Shown: positions 47,241 through 56,329 of the stretch, in pieces
Layout: the number at the start of each line of letters is the position of its first letter
How positions within the stretch are numbered: position 1 is the stretch's first letter
Assembly: GCA_002170595.1 (NCBI GenBank)
Contig: NHDP01000016.1
Coordinates: forward strand, 5,207 to 69,206
From: Alphaproteobacteria bacterium TMED62
GTDB lineage: Bacteria > Pseudomonadota > Alphaproteobacteria > TMED109
Reading direction: 5' to 3'
DNA length: 64,000 nt
Program-made: the position numbers and the translations under genes
Notes under the pieces: model-generated
What the model was told of the DNA's origin: nothing
What the model saw: the letters and a program-made list of their open reading frames with translations, nothing else
Database searches by the model: none

Positions 47241-47285
47241 ACCGTGATTTATATATATAAATTAATTAATAATAAATTTAATAAA

Positions 47286-48383
47286 TTAAGCATAGAAATT
47301 TTCTATTTTTTCTATCATATAATGCATGTGTTTAGCATCTAAGTATTGATGAACTGGCAAAGTTAATAACTTCTTAGCTTGCATTTCAGAATTTGGAAAG
47401 CTTCCAATTTTGTAGTTGAGTTTTTTAGCAGCTGTTTGTAAATGTAGGGGTGTAGGATAATGTATTTTGGCTTCTATATTATTTTTAATGAGGTATTTTA
47501 ATAATTCATCTCTCTTATCAAATAACCCCATATATAAAGCAAAAGTTTCGGTACTATTTTTTAAACGTTTTGGTATTTTTACATTCTTAAATTTAGATAA
47601 GTTATTATCTAAAATTTTTGCATTTTTGTTTCTTTTTACAATTATAGATTTCAGTTTTTTTAATCCGTGCATGGCAACGATGGCTTGTAAAGGTTGAAGT
47701 CTTGAGTTTACACCCCAAAAATCTATATTATTTCTATCAACCATACCATGGTTTCTATACTTAAAAATCCATTTTGCAATTTTATCATCATTTGTGGTAA
47801 TCATGCCGCCATCACCCATTACATTTAGGGATTTAAGAGGGTGCATGCTGAATGCATTTACTTTACCAAATGCTCCTGGTGATTTGTTAAATATGCTAGC
47901 ACCAATACCCATACAGGCGTCCTCCACTACAAATAAATTATATTTTTTAGATAATTGCATTATTTTTTTAATTTCAGGAGAAGCCCCGGCCCAATGCACA
48001 GGTAGAATTGCTTTAGTTTTTGAATTAATTTTTTCTTCAATTTTATTAACATCTATTTGATATCTATTATCAGAATCTACAAAGATAGGCTTAGCACCTA
48101 CTGCATGTATAGCACCAGTAGTTGCATAAAATGAGTTACACACGGTAATCACTTCGTCATTTTTTCTTATTCCAAGTGATTTTAATGCTATTATTAAAGC
48201 ATCAGTGCCAGTATTCGTTGAAATACAATGTTTTACGTTTATGTAGGCAGCAAATTTTTTTTCAAATTTTTTTACAAATTTTCCTAAGGTAAAATCAGAG
48301 GACTTAATTAGCTTTTCCCAATCTCTAAATATAGCTTTGTTGTTGGAAAACTGTTTTGGTAAATAATTGTAATATACTTTCAT
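47286..48383 (-). CDS. DegT/DnrJ/EryC1-family sugar aminotransferase (paralogue 1)
   Basis: NTGTDAL, VEDACMGIGA, PLP-Lys motif FSMHPLKSLN. Confidence 0.8.
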   Translation of the reverse strand: MKVYYNYLPKQFSNNKAIFRDWEKLIKSSDFTLGKFVKKFEKKFAAYINVKHCISTNTGTDALIIALKSLGIRKNDEVITVCNSFYATTGAIHAVGAKPIFVDSDNRYQIDVNKIEEKINSKTKAILPVHWAGASPEIKKIMQLSKKYNLFVVEDACMGIGASIFNKSPGAFGKVNAFSMHPLKSLNVMGDGGMITTNDDKIAKWIFKYRNHGMVDRNNIDFWGVNSRLQPLQAIVAMHGLKKLKSIIVKRNKNAKILDNNLSKFKNVKIPKRLKNSTETFALYMGLFDKRDELLKYLIKNNIEAKIHYPTPLHLQTAAKKLNYKIGSFPNSEMQAKKLLTLPVHQYLDAKHMHYMIEKIENFYA

Positions 48384-48393
48384 ACTATTTATT

Positions 48394-48481
48394 ATAATAA
48401 TTTATTATTAACATTAAAATCAAAAATAAAAAAACATTATTATTGAATAATGTTTATTTTAACTTAATAATAAATTATTAT
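48394..48481. repeat. 18-bp perfect inverted repeat (ATAATAATTTATTATTAA / TTAATAATAAATTATTAT) in the divergent DegT-DegT intergenic region, enclosing a 10-4-10 palindrome
   Basis: Arms read at 48394-48411 and 48464-48481. The inner palindrome is AAACATTATT-ATTG-AATAATGTTT at 48432-48455. Confidence 0.8.
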
Positions 48482-48494
48482 TAATGGAAATATT

Positions 48495-49595
48495 ATGAAA
48501 GTAGACTTAATTGATATCAAACATAGGTATTTTGACGAACATAAAATTATATTAAAAAGTATAAATAAACTGTTAAAAAAAGGTAATTTAGTTCTTACAG
48601 AGGAAGTGTCTTCTTTTGAAAAAAGAATATGTGATTACACTGGTATGAAATATTGTTTGGGTTTAAATTCAGGTACAGATGCCTTAATGATGTCGCTTTG
48701 GGCCCTAGGTATAAAAAAAGGTGATGAGGTAATAACTACGCCAGTTTCATTTATAGCTTCTATTGGAGCCATAGCTCATATAGGAGCAAAACCTGTATTT
48801 GTAGATATTCAAGATGATTTAAATATTAATTCTAATAAAATTGAACAGGCCATAACTAATAAAACCAAAGCAATTATGCCAGTACACTGGGGAGGAAGAG
48901 TGTGCGATATGGATCCAATCGTATCATTAGGTAAAAAATATAATATACCCATAATAGAAGATGCCGCACAAGGCATGGGAGCATACTACAAAGGACGTCA
49001 TAGTGGATCTTTTAGCACAATATCAGCTTTTTCAGGACATCCTTTAAAAAATCTAGGAGCTATTGGAGATAGTGGTTTTATTATTACTAATAAAAAAAAT
49101 CTTTATGAAAAAATAAAATTATATAGAAATCACGGAATGGTAAGTAGAGATAAAACAAGTTTCTTTGGAGTAAATTCTAGAATTGATGCAGTTAATGCAG
49201 AAGTTTTATCTTTCAGGCTAAAAAAATTGAAGTCTGTCATTTCAAAACGAAATAGGAATGTTAAACTTTATAGAAAATATTTAAAAAAAAATATTATTAT
49301 TCCTTCAAATAAAAGCTTTGAATTAAATTCTTATGTAATGTTTTTAGTTTTATGTGATAAAAGAGATAAATTACAAAAGTATTTATCTAGATTTAAAATA
49401 CAGTCCCTAGTTTATTATGGAACACCATTACATTTGCACGGAGCATCTAGAAAGCTTGGATATAAAAAAGGGGATTTTCCAAAAGCTGAATATATTTGTA
49501 AAAAAGTTTTAGCTTTGCCACATCATCAGCATCTTAATCAAAAACAGATTGAGTTTGTTGCTAATAAAGTAAATGATTTTTATAGTAAAAAATAA
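48495..49595 (+). CDS. DegT/DnrJ/EryC1-family sugar aminotransferase (paralogue 2)
   Basis: NSGTDAL, IEDAAQGMGA, PLP-Lys motif FSGHPLKNLG. It is collinear with the divergently transcribed neighbour. Confidence 0.8.
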   Translation: MKVDLIDIKHRYFDEHKIILKSINKLLKKGNLVLTEEVSSFEKRICDYTGMKYCLGLNSGTDALMMSLWALGIKKGDEVITTPVSFIASIGAIAHIGAKPVFVDIQDDLNINSNKIEQAITNKTKAIMPVHWGGRVCDMDPIVSLGKKYNIPIIEDAAQGMGAYYKGRHSGSFSTISAFSGHPLKNLGAIGDSGFIITNKKNLYEKIKLYRNHGMVSRDKTSFFGVNSRIDAVNAEVLSFRLKKLKSVISKRNRNVKLYRKYLKKNIIIPSNKSFELNSYVMFLVLCDKRDKLQKYLSRFKIQSLVYYGTPLHLHGASRKLGYKKGDFPKAEYICKKVLALPHHQHLNQKQIEFVANKVNDFYSKK

Positions 49596-49929
49596 ATCTT
49601 TATAACTTTAAGGTTTAATTAAATATATATACTATATATTTAATTTAATTTATATTAAAGGATAAAAAGTGCTAACAAGAAAATATTATACTAAATAAAT
49701 CTATTTACATAAAGCTATTAACTCCAAAATATGTTTTATCTAATAAACAGTAAAAATTACATAATAAAGATATACTGCTTATTAATTTATTGTTAAATAT
49801 TTTGATGAAAAGAAATATATAAATAACTATAATAGAATGATATAAAATATTAATGTGTTAGAAACATATCATTAAGATTATTACTTAAGCATAGTTTCTA
49901 AATGAATAATAATAAATTATAAGGTTAAA

Positions 49930-50514
49930 ATGAAATTTGTTGATAAATATTTTAAAAGCTTTTCTCAAGAGTGTTTAAAAGTTAATTATGAAACTATTAA
50001 TATCATTGTTGAAGGCTTAGTAGAATTAAGAAATAAAAAAGGTAGATTATTCATTATTGGAGTAGGAGGTTCAGCAGGAAATGCTAGTCATGCTGTAAAT
50101 GATTTTAGAAAACTGTGTAATATTGAGGCCTATGCTCCTACAGATAATGTATCTGAACTAACTGCTAGAACTAATGACGAGGGGTTTGCGACAATATTTT
50201 CAGAATATTTAAAAGTCTCTCAGGTTAGTGCAAAAGATGCTATTTTTATCTTTTCTGTTGGTGGAGGAAATGTAGAAAAAAATGTCAGTGTGAATTTGAT
50301 TAATGCAATGAAGTTAGCTAAAGAAAAAAATATGAAAGTATTTTCAGTAGTTGGGAAGTCTAATGGATATGCTGCTTTGAATAGTGATGCGAGCGTTATT
50401 TTAGATGTTGAAGACTCATCTTTACTTACTCCTATGTCAGAAGCTTTTCAGTCTGTTATATGGCACTGTATGGTTTCTCATCCTAGTTTAGCAGTAAATG
50501 CTACTAAATGGTAA
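49930..50514 (+). CDS. gmhA: SIS-domain sedoheptulose-7-phosphate isomerase
   Basis: IGVGGSAGNASHAVNDFRK, FSVGGGN. 194 aa, directly upstream of gmhB. Confidence 0.7.
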   Translation: MKFVDKYFKSFSQECLKVNYETINIIVEGLVELRNKKGRLFIIGVGGSAGNASHAVNDFRKLCNIEAYAPTDNVSELTARTNDEGFATIFSEYLKVSQVSAKDAIFIFSVGGGNVEKNVSVNLINAMKLAKEKNMKVFSVVGKSNGYAALNSDASVILDVEDSSLLTPMSEAFQSVIWHCMVSHPSLAVNATKW

Positions 50515-51067
50515 TTTTGTGAAAGAAAAAGCTATATTTTTAGATAGAGATGGAGTTTTAAATAAACCCAATTTGATCAGTAATAAACCTTTTGCACCAA
50601 ATGTTTTCGAAGATTTTATTTTATACGAAGATGCAAAAGATGTTCTCCAGGTTTTTAAAAAATTTTTTTTTAAACTAATTGTAGTAACAAATCAAAAAGA
50701 TGTAGGAAAAGGTATTATGAGCAAAAGCATTCTCGAAAAAATGCATACTCTTTTAAAAAAACAAATGCCGATAGATGAAATTTTAGTTTGTACTTGTATA
50801 GATGAATGTGATTGTTATAAACCAAATCCAGGAATGTTACTTGAAGCAAAAAAAAAATGGAATCTTGATATAGATAATTGTTTTATTATAGGAGATAGTT
50901 GGAGAGATATAGGAGCAGGAATTAATTTTGGGTGTAAAACTATTTTCATAGATAGAAAATATAATATGCCTATGCCTTACGAACCTGATTTTATAGTAAG
51001 TTCTCTATCAGAGGCAAAAAATTTAATTATAAAACTTAACAAGGAGAGTGAGTATGAAAGCAGTTAG
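50498..51067 (+). CDS. gmhB: D-glycero-D-manno-heptose 1,7-bisphosphate phosphatase (HAD family)
   Basis: FLDRDGVLN, VVTNQ, Zn-loop CTCIDECDCYKPNPGM, IGDSWRDIGAG. An in-frame GTG at 50519 is an alternative start that removes the overlap. Confidence 0.8.
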   Translation: MLLNGNFVKEKAIFLDRDGVLNKPNLISNKPFAPNVFEDFILYEDAKDVLQVFKKFFFKLIVVTNQKDVGKGIMSKSILEKMHTLLKKQMPIDEILVCTCIDECDCYKPNPGMLLEAKKKWNLDIDNCFIIGDSWRDIGAGINFGCKTIFIDRKYNMPMPYEPDFIVSSLSEAKNLIIKLNKESEYESS

Positions 51068-51776
51068 TTTAAGTGAGCTTAATTTAAAAATCTTTGCTGA
51101 TGGAGCAGATATTAATAAAATTAAAATTTTCGCTAATAACCCTTTAATAAAAGGTTTTACTACTAATCCAACACTAATGAAAAAAAATGGAATTAATAAT
51201 TATGAAACTTTTTCAAGAGATGTTCTAGATATAGTACAAGATAAACCAATTAGCTTTGAAGTTTTTGCAGATGATAGTGAGGAAATAGTGAAACAAGCAA
51301 AATTTATATCATCATGGGGCTCGAATGTTTTTGTAAAAGTACCAGTTACAAATACTAAAGGGGTATTTTTAGGTTCAGTGATTGAAAAACTTTCAAAAGA
51401 GGGTATCAAATTAAATATTACAGCTGTTTTTACTATAGAGCAGGTTAAAAAAATTATTAGCTCTTTAGATAATCATACTTCCACTATCATTTCTATATTT
51501 GCAGGAAGAATTGCAGACTCAGGAATTGATCCAGTAAAATATTTTATCAAATGTAAAGAAAATTTAGATGTTCATCAAAAAGTAGAGCTTCTTTGGGCTA
51601 GCCCTCGAGAATTATATAATATTTATCATGCTGAAGAAGCAGGAGCAGATATTATAACAATTTCTGAGGATTTAATTAATAAATTTCAAAATATAGGCAA
51701 AGATTTAGACCAATATAGCAAAGAAACAGTAGAAATGTTTTATAATGATGCTTTAATGGCAGGTTATAAACTATAA
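51048..51776 (+). CDS. Small transaldolase / fructose-6-phosphate-aldolase family protein (TalC/Fsa type)
   Basis: IFADGAD...IKGFTTNPTLM, VKVPVT. The likely start is the ATG at 51054, 7 nt after the AGGAG at 51042-51046. Confidence 0.7.
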   Translation: MSMKAVSLSELNLKIFADGADINKIKIFANNPLIKGFTTNPTLMKKNGINNYETFSRDVLDIVQDKPISFEVFADDSEEIVKQAKFISSWGSNVFVKVPVTNTKGVFLGSVIEKLSKEGIKLNITAVFTIEQVKKIISSLDNHTSTIISIFAGRIADSGIDPVKYFIKCKENLDVHQKVELLWASPRELYNIYHAEEAGADIITISEDLINKFQNIGKDLDQYSKETVEMFYNDALMAGYKL

Positions 51777-51796
51777 TTTAAAAAGGGAATGTTAAG

Positions 51797-52807
51797 TTGC
51801 AAAACAAAAATATAAAAAAAGTTTTAATTACAGGAGGAGCAGGTTATGTAGGTAATATTTTAGTTCCTTTATTACTTGCTAATCATTATAAAATAATAGT
51901 GTATGATACTCTTTTTTTCTATGAAGATACATTAAAGAAAGATAAAAATCTTAAAATTGTTAAAGGTGACATTAGAGATATAGAGCTATTTAAAACTAAT
52001 TTAGAAAACGTTGATGCAGTCATTCACATGGCATGTATATCAAATGATCCTAGTTTTGAACTCAACCCTGATTTAGCTACTTCAATAAATTATACTTGTT
52101 TTGAGCCATTAGTCGTAGCCGCAAAAAAAGCTGGAGTAAAAAGATTCATATATTGTTCATCTAGCTCAGTTTATGGAGTATCTGAGTCTCCAAATGTTAC
52201 AGAGTCTCATCCATTAGTGCCATTAACGCAATATAATAAATATAAAGCTTTATGTGAGCCTATTTTATTTAAATATCAAGAAAAAGATTTTACATGTGTT
52301 ACATTAAGGCCTGCAACTATATGTGGGTATAGTCCTAGATGTAGATTAGATCTAACGGTTAATATTTTAACTAATCATGCATTTAATAATAATAAGATAA
52401 TAGTATTTGGAGGAAATCAAAAAAGACCTAATTTGCACGTAAAGGATATGGCAGAAGCATACAAGTTATTTTTAGAGGCTCCTATAGAAAAAATTTCTGG
52501 AGAAATTTTTAATATTGGATATCAAAACTATTCTGTAAATGAAATAGCAAATATAGTTAAAAACAGTCTGGAAAAATTTGAAAATAGAAATAATATAGTT
52601 ATTGAAAAAATTTCTAGTGATGATGATAGATCATATCAGATTAATTCTGACAAAATTTTTAATGTTTTGGGTTATAAACCAAAAAGAACACTTGAAGATG
52701 CCGTTTATGATCTTTGTCAAGCTTTCAAGCAAGGAAAGTTACCCGATAGTCTTAATGCTAAAAAGTATATCAACGTAAAAACAATGAAAAGTAAAAATAT
52801 AGAGTAA
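51797..52807 (+). CDS. Extended-SDR NAD-dependent sugar epimerase/dehydratase
   Basis: VLITGGAGYVG, SSSSVYG, YNKYK (YxxxK). TTG start. Confidence 0.75.
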   Translation: MQNKNIKKVLITGGAGYVGNILVPLLLANHYKIIVYDTLFFYEDTLKKDKNLKIVKGDIRDIELFKTNLENVDAVIHMACISNDPSFELNPDLATSINYTCFEPLVVAAKKAGVKRFIYCSSSSVYGVSESPNVTESHPLVPLTQYNKYKALCEPILFKYQEKDFTCVTLRPATICGYSPRCRLDLTVNILTNHAFNNNKIIVFGGNQKRPNLHVKDMAEAYKLFLEAPIEKISGEIFNIGYQNYSVNEIANIVKNSLEKFENRNNIVIEKISSDDDRSYQINSDKIFNVLGYKPKRTLEDAVYDLCQAFKQGKLPDSLNAKKYINVKTMKSKNIE

Positions 52808-52815
52808 GTGATTAT

Positions 52816-53799
52816 ATGAAGACAGCTTTAATAACAGGAGGAGCGGGTTTTATAGGAAGTCATATGGTCGACCTGTTACTTTCTAAAAATTATTGTGTAA
52901 GAGTAGTTGATAATTTAGTTACTGGAAAATATATAAATTTAGCTCATCATAGTAATAATAAGAACTTGCTTGTTGATGAAAGAGATATAAGAAGCTTAAG
53001 CGATAGTGATAGCTTATTTAAAAATTTGGATTATATATTTCATTTTGCAGGAATAGGCGATATCGTTCCATCAATAGACAAACCGGAAGAATACTTAAGT
53101 GTAAATACTCAAGGAACAGTAAAAATATGTGAAGGTGCAAAATTTAATTCAATTTCAAAATTAGTTTATGCGGCTTCTTCTTCTTGTTATGGAATAGCTA
53201 AAGTTCCAACGGATGAAGATGCCAAAATTGAAACAGAGTATCCATACGCATTAAGTAAATATCTTGGAGAATGTATTGTTCTGCACTGGAGTAAAGTATA
53301 TAAGTTACCAGTTAATGTAATTAGAATATTTAATGCTTATGGAACTAGGTCTAAAACCTCTGGTGCATATGGAGCAGTATTCGGAGTATTTTTAAAACAA
53401 AAACTCTCAGGTAAACCATTTACAGTAGTAGGCGATGGAACACAGAAAAGAGACTTTCTTTATGTAACAGATGTAGCAAACGCATTTTATGAGGCTAGCA
53501 TAACAAATAAATCTGGAGAAATATATAATCTGGGTGCAGGAAATCCACAATCCATAAATTATCTAGTTAAATTATTAGGAGGCCCAATAAAAAATATTCC
53601 ATCAAGACCAGGAGAACCAAAAGTAACTTGGGCAAATATATCAAAAATAGTCAATGATTTAAATTGGGAGCCAAAAGTATCTTTTGAAGAGGGTGTTAAA
53701 AAAATTCTCCAAAATATTGATTATTGGAGAGATGCTCCATTATGGGATGAAGAGTCAATAAAAGTTGCTACAAAAAATTGGTTTGATAACTTACATTAA
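52816..53799 (+). CDS. Extended-SDR NAD-dependent sugar epimerase/dehydratase
   Basis: ALITGGAGFIGSH, ASSSCYG, YALSK (YxxxK), RIFNAYG. Confidence 0.75.
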   Translation: MKTALITGGAGFIGSHMVDLLLSKNYCVRVVDNLVTGKYINLAHHSNNKNLLVDERDIRSLSDSDSLFKNLDYIFHFAGIGDIVPSIDKPEEYLSVNTQGTVKICEGAKFNSISKLVYAASSSCYGIAKVPTDEDAKIETEYPYALSKYLGECIVLHWSKVYKLPVNVIRIFNAYGTRSKTSGAYGAVFGVFLKQKLSGKPFTVVGDGTQKRDFLYVTDVANAFYEASITNKSGEIYNLGAGNPQSINYLVKLLGGPIKNIPSRPGEPKVTWANISKIVNDLNWEPKVSFEEGVKKILQNIDYWRDAPLWDEESIKVATKNWFDNLH

Positions 53800-53818
53800 T
53801 AGTTTAATTTAGTTTAGT

Positions 53819-55360
53819 ATGGAAAATAATAATTACAAAAGTAAAATTAAAACAGCTTTGCAAATAAGTAAGTTAGTTGGGAATAGATCTAGAAAAAAAA
53901 AGGTTATAATGTGTCATGGTAATTTTGATATAGTTCATCCAGGTCATATAAGACATCTTATGTTTGCTGCTTCGAAAGCAGATATTTTAGTAGCTAGTTT
54001 AACTTGTGACGCTCTTATAACAAAGGGTAACAATAGACCTTACATTCCAGAGGATTTGAGAGCTGAAAATTTATCAGTATTAAATATGGTTGATTATGTT
54101 TTAATTGATTATAATTCAAAGCCTATTAAAAATATAAAATTAATAAAGCCAGACTTTTTTGCTAAAGGATCTGATTATGTTACAGGTGAATTAAATCCAA
54201 AAACACTTGAAGAAAAAAAACTAGTTGAGAGTTATGGTGGAGAAATAATTTTTACTCCAGGCGACATTGTTTACTCATCAAGCAGTATTATAAGCAAAAA
54301 GCCTCCTTCCTTGAAACATGAAAAGCTAAGAGCTTTACTTAAGGCAGAAAAAATTGACTTTAAATCTTTATACGAATCTTTAGAGAAAAAAAGTAAAAAA
54401 AATATATTAGTTGTGGGAGATACTATTGTAGATTCGTACACTGAAACAGAAATGATAGGAGGACAAACAAAAACTCCAACTATTTCTGTTAGGTATATTG
54501 ATAAAAAAGATTATGTGGGAGGGGCTGGTATAGTAGCTAAGCATATAGCAAAAGCAGGAGCAAATGTAACTTTTGCAACTATTTTAGGTAATGATCATCT
54601 AAGAAAATACGTAGAAAATGATATAAAAAAAAATAAAATAAAATTAAAGAAAATCATTGATCCCTCCAGACCAACTACAAATAAAAATGTGATAACTAAT
54701 GGAACTTATAAATTATTAAAGTTGGATTATATAGATAATAGAGCAATTAATGATAACACTTTAAAAAAATTAATAGAAGAAATAAAAGCTTTTTCTGGAG
54801 ACGCTGTAATATTTAGTGATTTTAGACACGGGATATTTAATTCTAACTCAATTCCTAATTTGATAAAAGCTATAAGGAAAAATATTTTAAAGGTAGCTGA
54901 TAGTCAAGTTGCCTCTAGATGGGGAAATATTATGGATTTTCAAAAATTTGATATAATTACTCCAAATGAGAGAGAAGCTAGGTTTTCTTTAGGAGATCAA
55001 GATTCAGTTATTCGACCTCTAGCAAAAAATTTATATGATAAATCAAAATGTAAAAACTTACTTCTTAAATTAGGTGAAAAAGGAATTTTAGTTTATAGAA
55101 AAACAAATAAAAACCAAGAATTGAGATCATTTTTTGCGCTTGATAGTTTTGCTGAAAATATTAAAGACCCAGTAGGTGCAGGAGACGCTATGTTAGCTTA
55201 TGCAACACTGACTTTTATAAAAACAAATAATATTTTGATATCAGCGATCATAGGATTAGTAGCAGCTTCATTAGAATGTGAATACGAAGGGAATATTCCA
55301 ATAAAGCCAGAAAATATAAAAAAACGACTTAAAGAAATTGAAAGTTACACTTATACTTAG
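53819..55360 (+). CDS. Bifunctional heptose nucleotidyltransferase + PfkB sugar kinase (HldE-like, with domain order reversed relative to E. coli HldE)
   Basis: N-terminus: CHGNFDIVHPGHIRHL (HxGH cytidylyltransferase-fold). C-terminus: ILVVGDTIVDSY...GGAGIVAKHIAKAGANV...DPVGAGDAMLA (ribokinase/PfkB). Confidence 0.75.
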   Translation: MENNNYKSKIKTALQISKLVGNRSRKKKVIMCHGNFDIVHPGHIRHLMFAASKADILVASLTCDALITKGNNRPYIPEDLRAENLSVLNMVDYVLIDYNSKPIKNIKLIKPDFFAKGSDYVTGELNPKTLEEKKLVESYGGEIIFTPGDIVYSSSSIISKKPPSLKHEKLRALLKAEKIDFKSLYESLEKKSKKNILVVGDTIVDSYTETEMIGGQTKTPTISVRYIDKKDYVGGAGIVAKHIAKAGANVTFATILGNDHLRKYVENDIKKNKIKLKKIIDPSRPTTNKNVITNGTYKLLKLDYIDNRAINDNTLKKLIEEIKAFSGDAVIFSDFRHGIFNSNSIPNLIKAIRKNILKVADSQVASRWGNIMDFQKFDIITPNEREARFSLGDQDSVIRPLAKNLYDKSKCKNLLLKLGEKGILVYRKTNKNQELRSFFALDSFAENIKDPVGAGDAMLAYATLTFIKTNNILISAIIGLVAASLECEYEGNIPIKPENIKKRLKEIESYTYT

Positions 55361-55384
55361 GGTAGGATAAGAAAGATATTTTTA

Positions 55385-56329
55385 ATGACTTTAAAAAAAA
55401 TAAGAGTTGTAGTTGTAGGAATGGGAGTTCAAGGAAATAAAAGGGCTCAGATTGCAGGTAAAGAGTTAGTTGCTACAATAGACATTAAAGCTAAAAATGG
55501 AGATTTTGATGATATTGATAAAATAAATGACCAGTTATATGATGCAGTATTAATATGTGTTCCAGATTCTGTAAAGTTTAATCTGATTAAAAAGATACTA
55601 AATAAAAAAAAACATATATTAGTAGAAAAACCACTATTCTTTGAAAACAAACAAAAGCTCACCATATTGCAAAGAGTAGCTAATAAAAAAAATGTGTTAC
55701 TATACACGGCCTATAATCATAGGTTTGAACCTCATTTTATAAATATGAAATCATCTATAGAAAAAAAAGAATTTGGAAAAATATATAGAATTAGAATGTT
55801 TTATGGAAATGGTACAAGCTTACTAGTAAAAAACTCTCCATGGAGAGATAAAGGTGCTGGAGTAATTCTTGATATAGGATCACACTTATTAGATACTTTA
55901 TTATTTTGGTTTAAAGATAAAAAAATTAAAATTATAGATATTAAAAAATTTTGTTTCGAAAACTCTTCACCTGATCATGCCATCATAACAGGTAAAATTA
56001 ATAATATTTTTTTCGAGCTTGAAGTAAGTTTGCTTAGCTGGAGAAATGATTTTATTTGTGATGTAATAGGTGATAAAGGTAGCGGTCATATAAATTCTTT
56101 ATGTAAATGGGGACCTAGTAAATTTATAAAAAGGAATCGAGTTTTTCCTGCTGGAAAACCTGATGAAAAAATAATTACTTTAAAACAATTAGATCCTACT
56201 TGGGACAGAGAGTATTTGCATTTTAAAAAATTAATAAGATGTAAAACTAAAACAAATTTAAAAAATGATGATAAAATATTTCAACTATTTAAAAGCATTT
56301 TAAATGAGGATCATTCATGGCTAAAATAG
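55385..56329 (+). CDS. Gfo/Idh/MocA-family NAD(P) oxidoreductase
   Basis: IRVVVVGMGVQG Rossmann N-terminus, HILVEKP motif, central AYNHRF. Confidence 0.7.
   Translation: MTLKKIRVVVVGMGVQGNKRAQIAGKELVATIDIKAKNGDFDDIDKINDQLYDAVLICVPDSVKFNLIKKILNKKKHILVEKPLFFENKQKLTILQRVANKKNVLLYTAYNHRFEPHFINMKSSIEKKEFGKIYRIRMFYGNGTSLLVKNSPWRDKGAGVILDIGSHLLDTLLFWFKDKKIKIIDIKKFCFENSSPDHAIITGKINNIFFELEVSLLSWRNDFICDVIGDKGSGHINSLCKWGPSKFIKRNRVFPAGKPDEKIITLKQLDPTWDREYLHFKKLIRCKTKTNLKNDDKIFQLFKSILNEDHSWLK

Noticed and set aside
49619-49643. The hairpin TTAAATATATA-TAC-TATATATTTAA, 24 nt after the DegT stop, considered as an intrinsic terminator.
   Set aside because: The stem is entirely A/T and is built from self-complementary (AT)n, so many alternative pairings exist. 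It would be thermodynamically weak and is not distinguishable from background low-complexity sequence.
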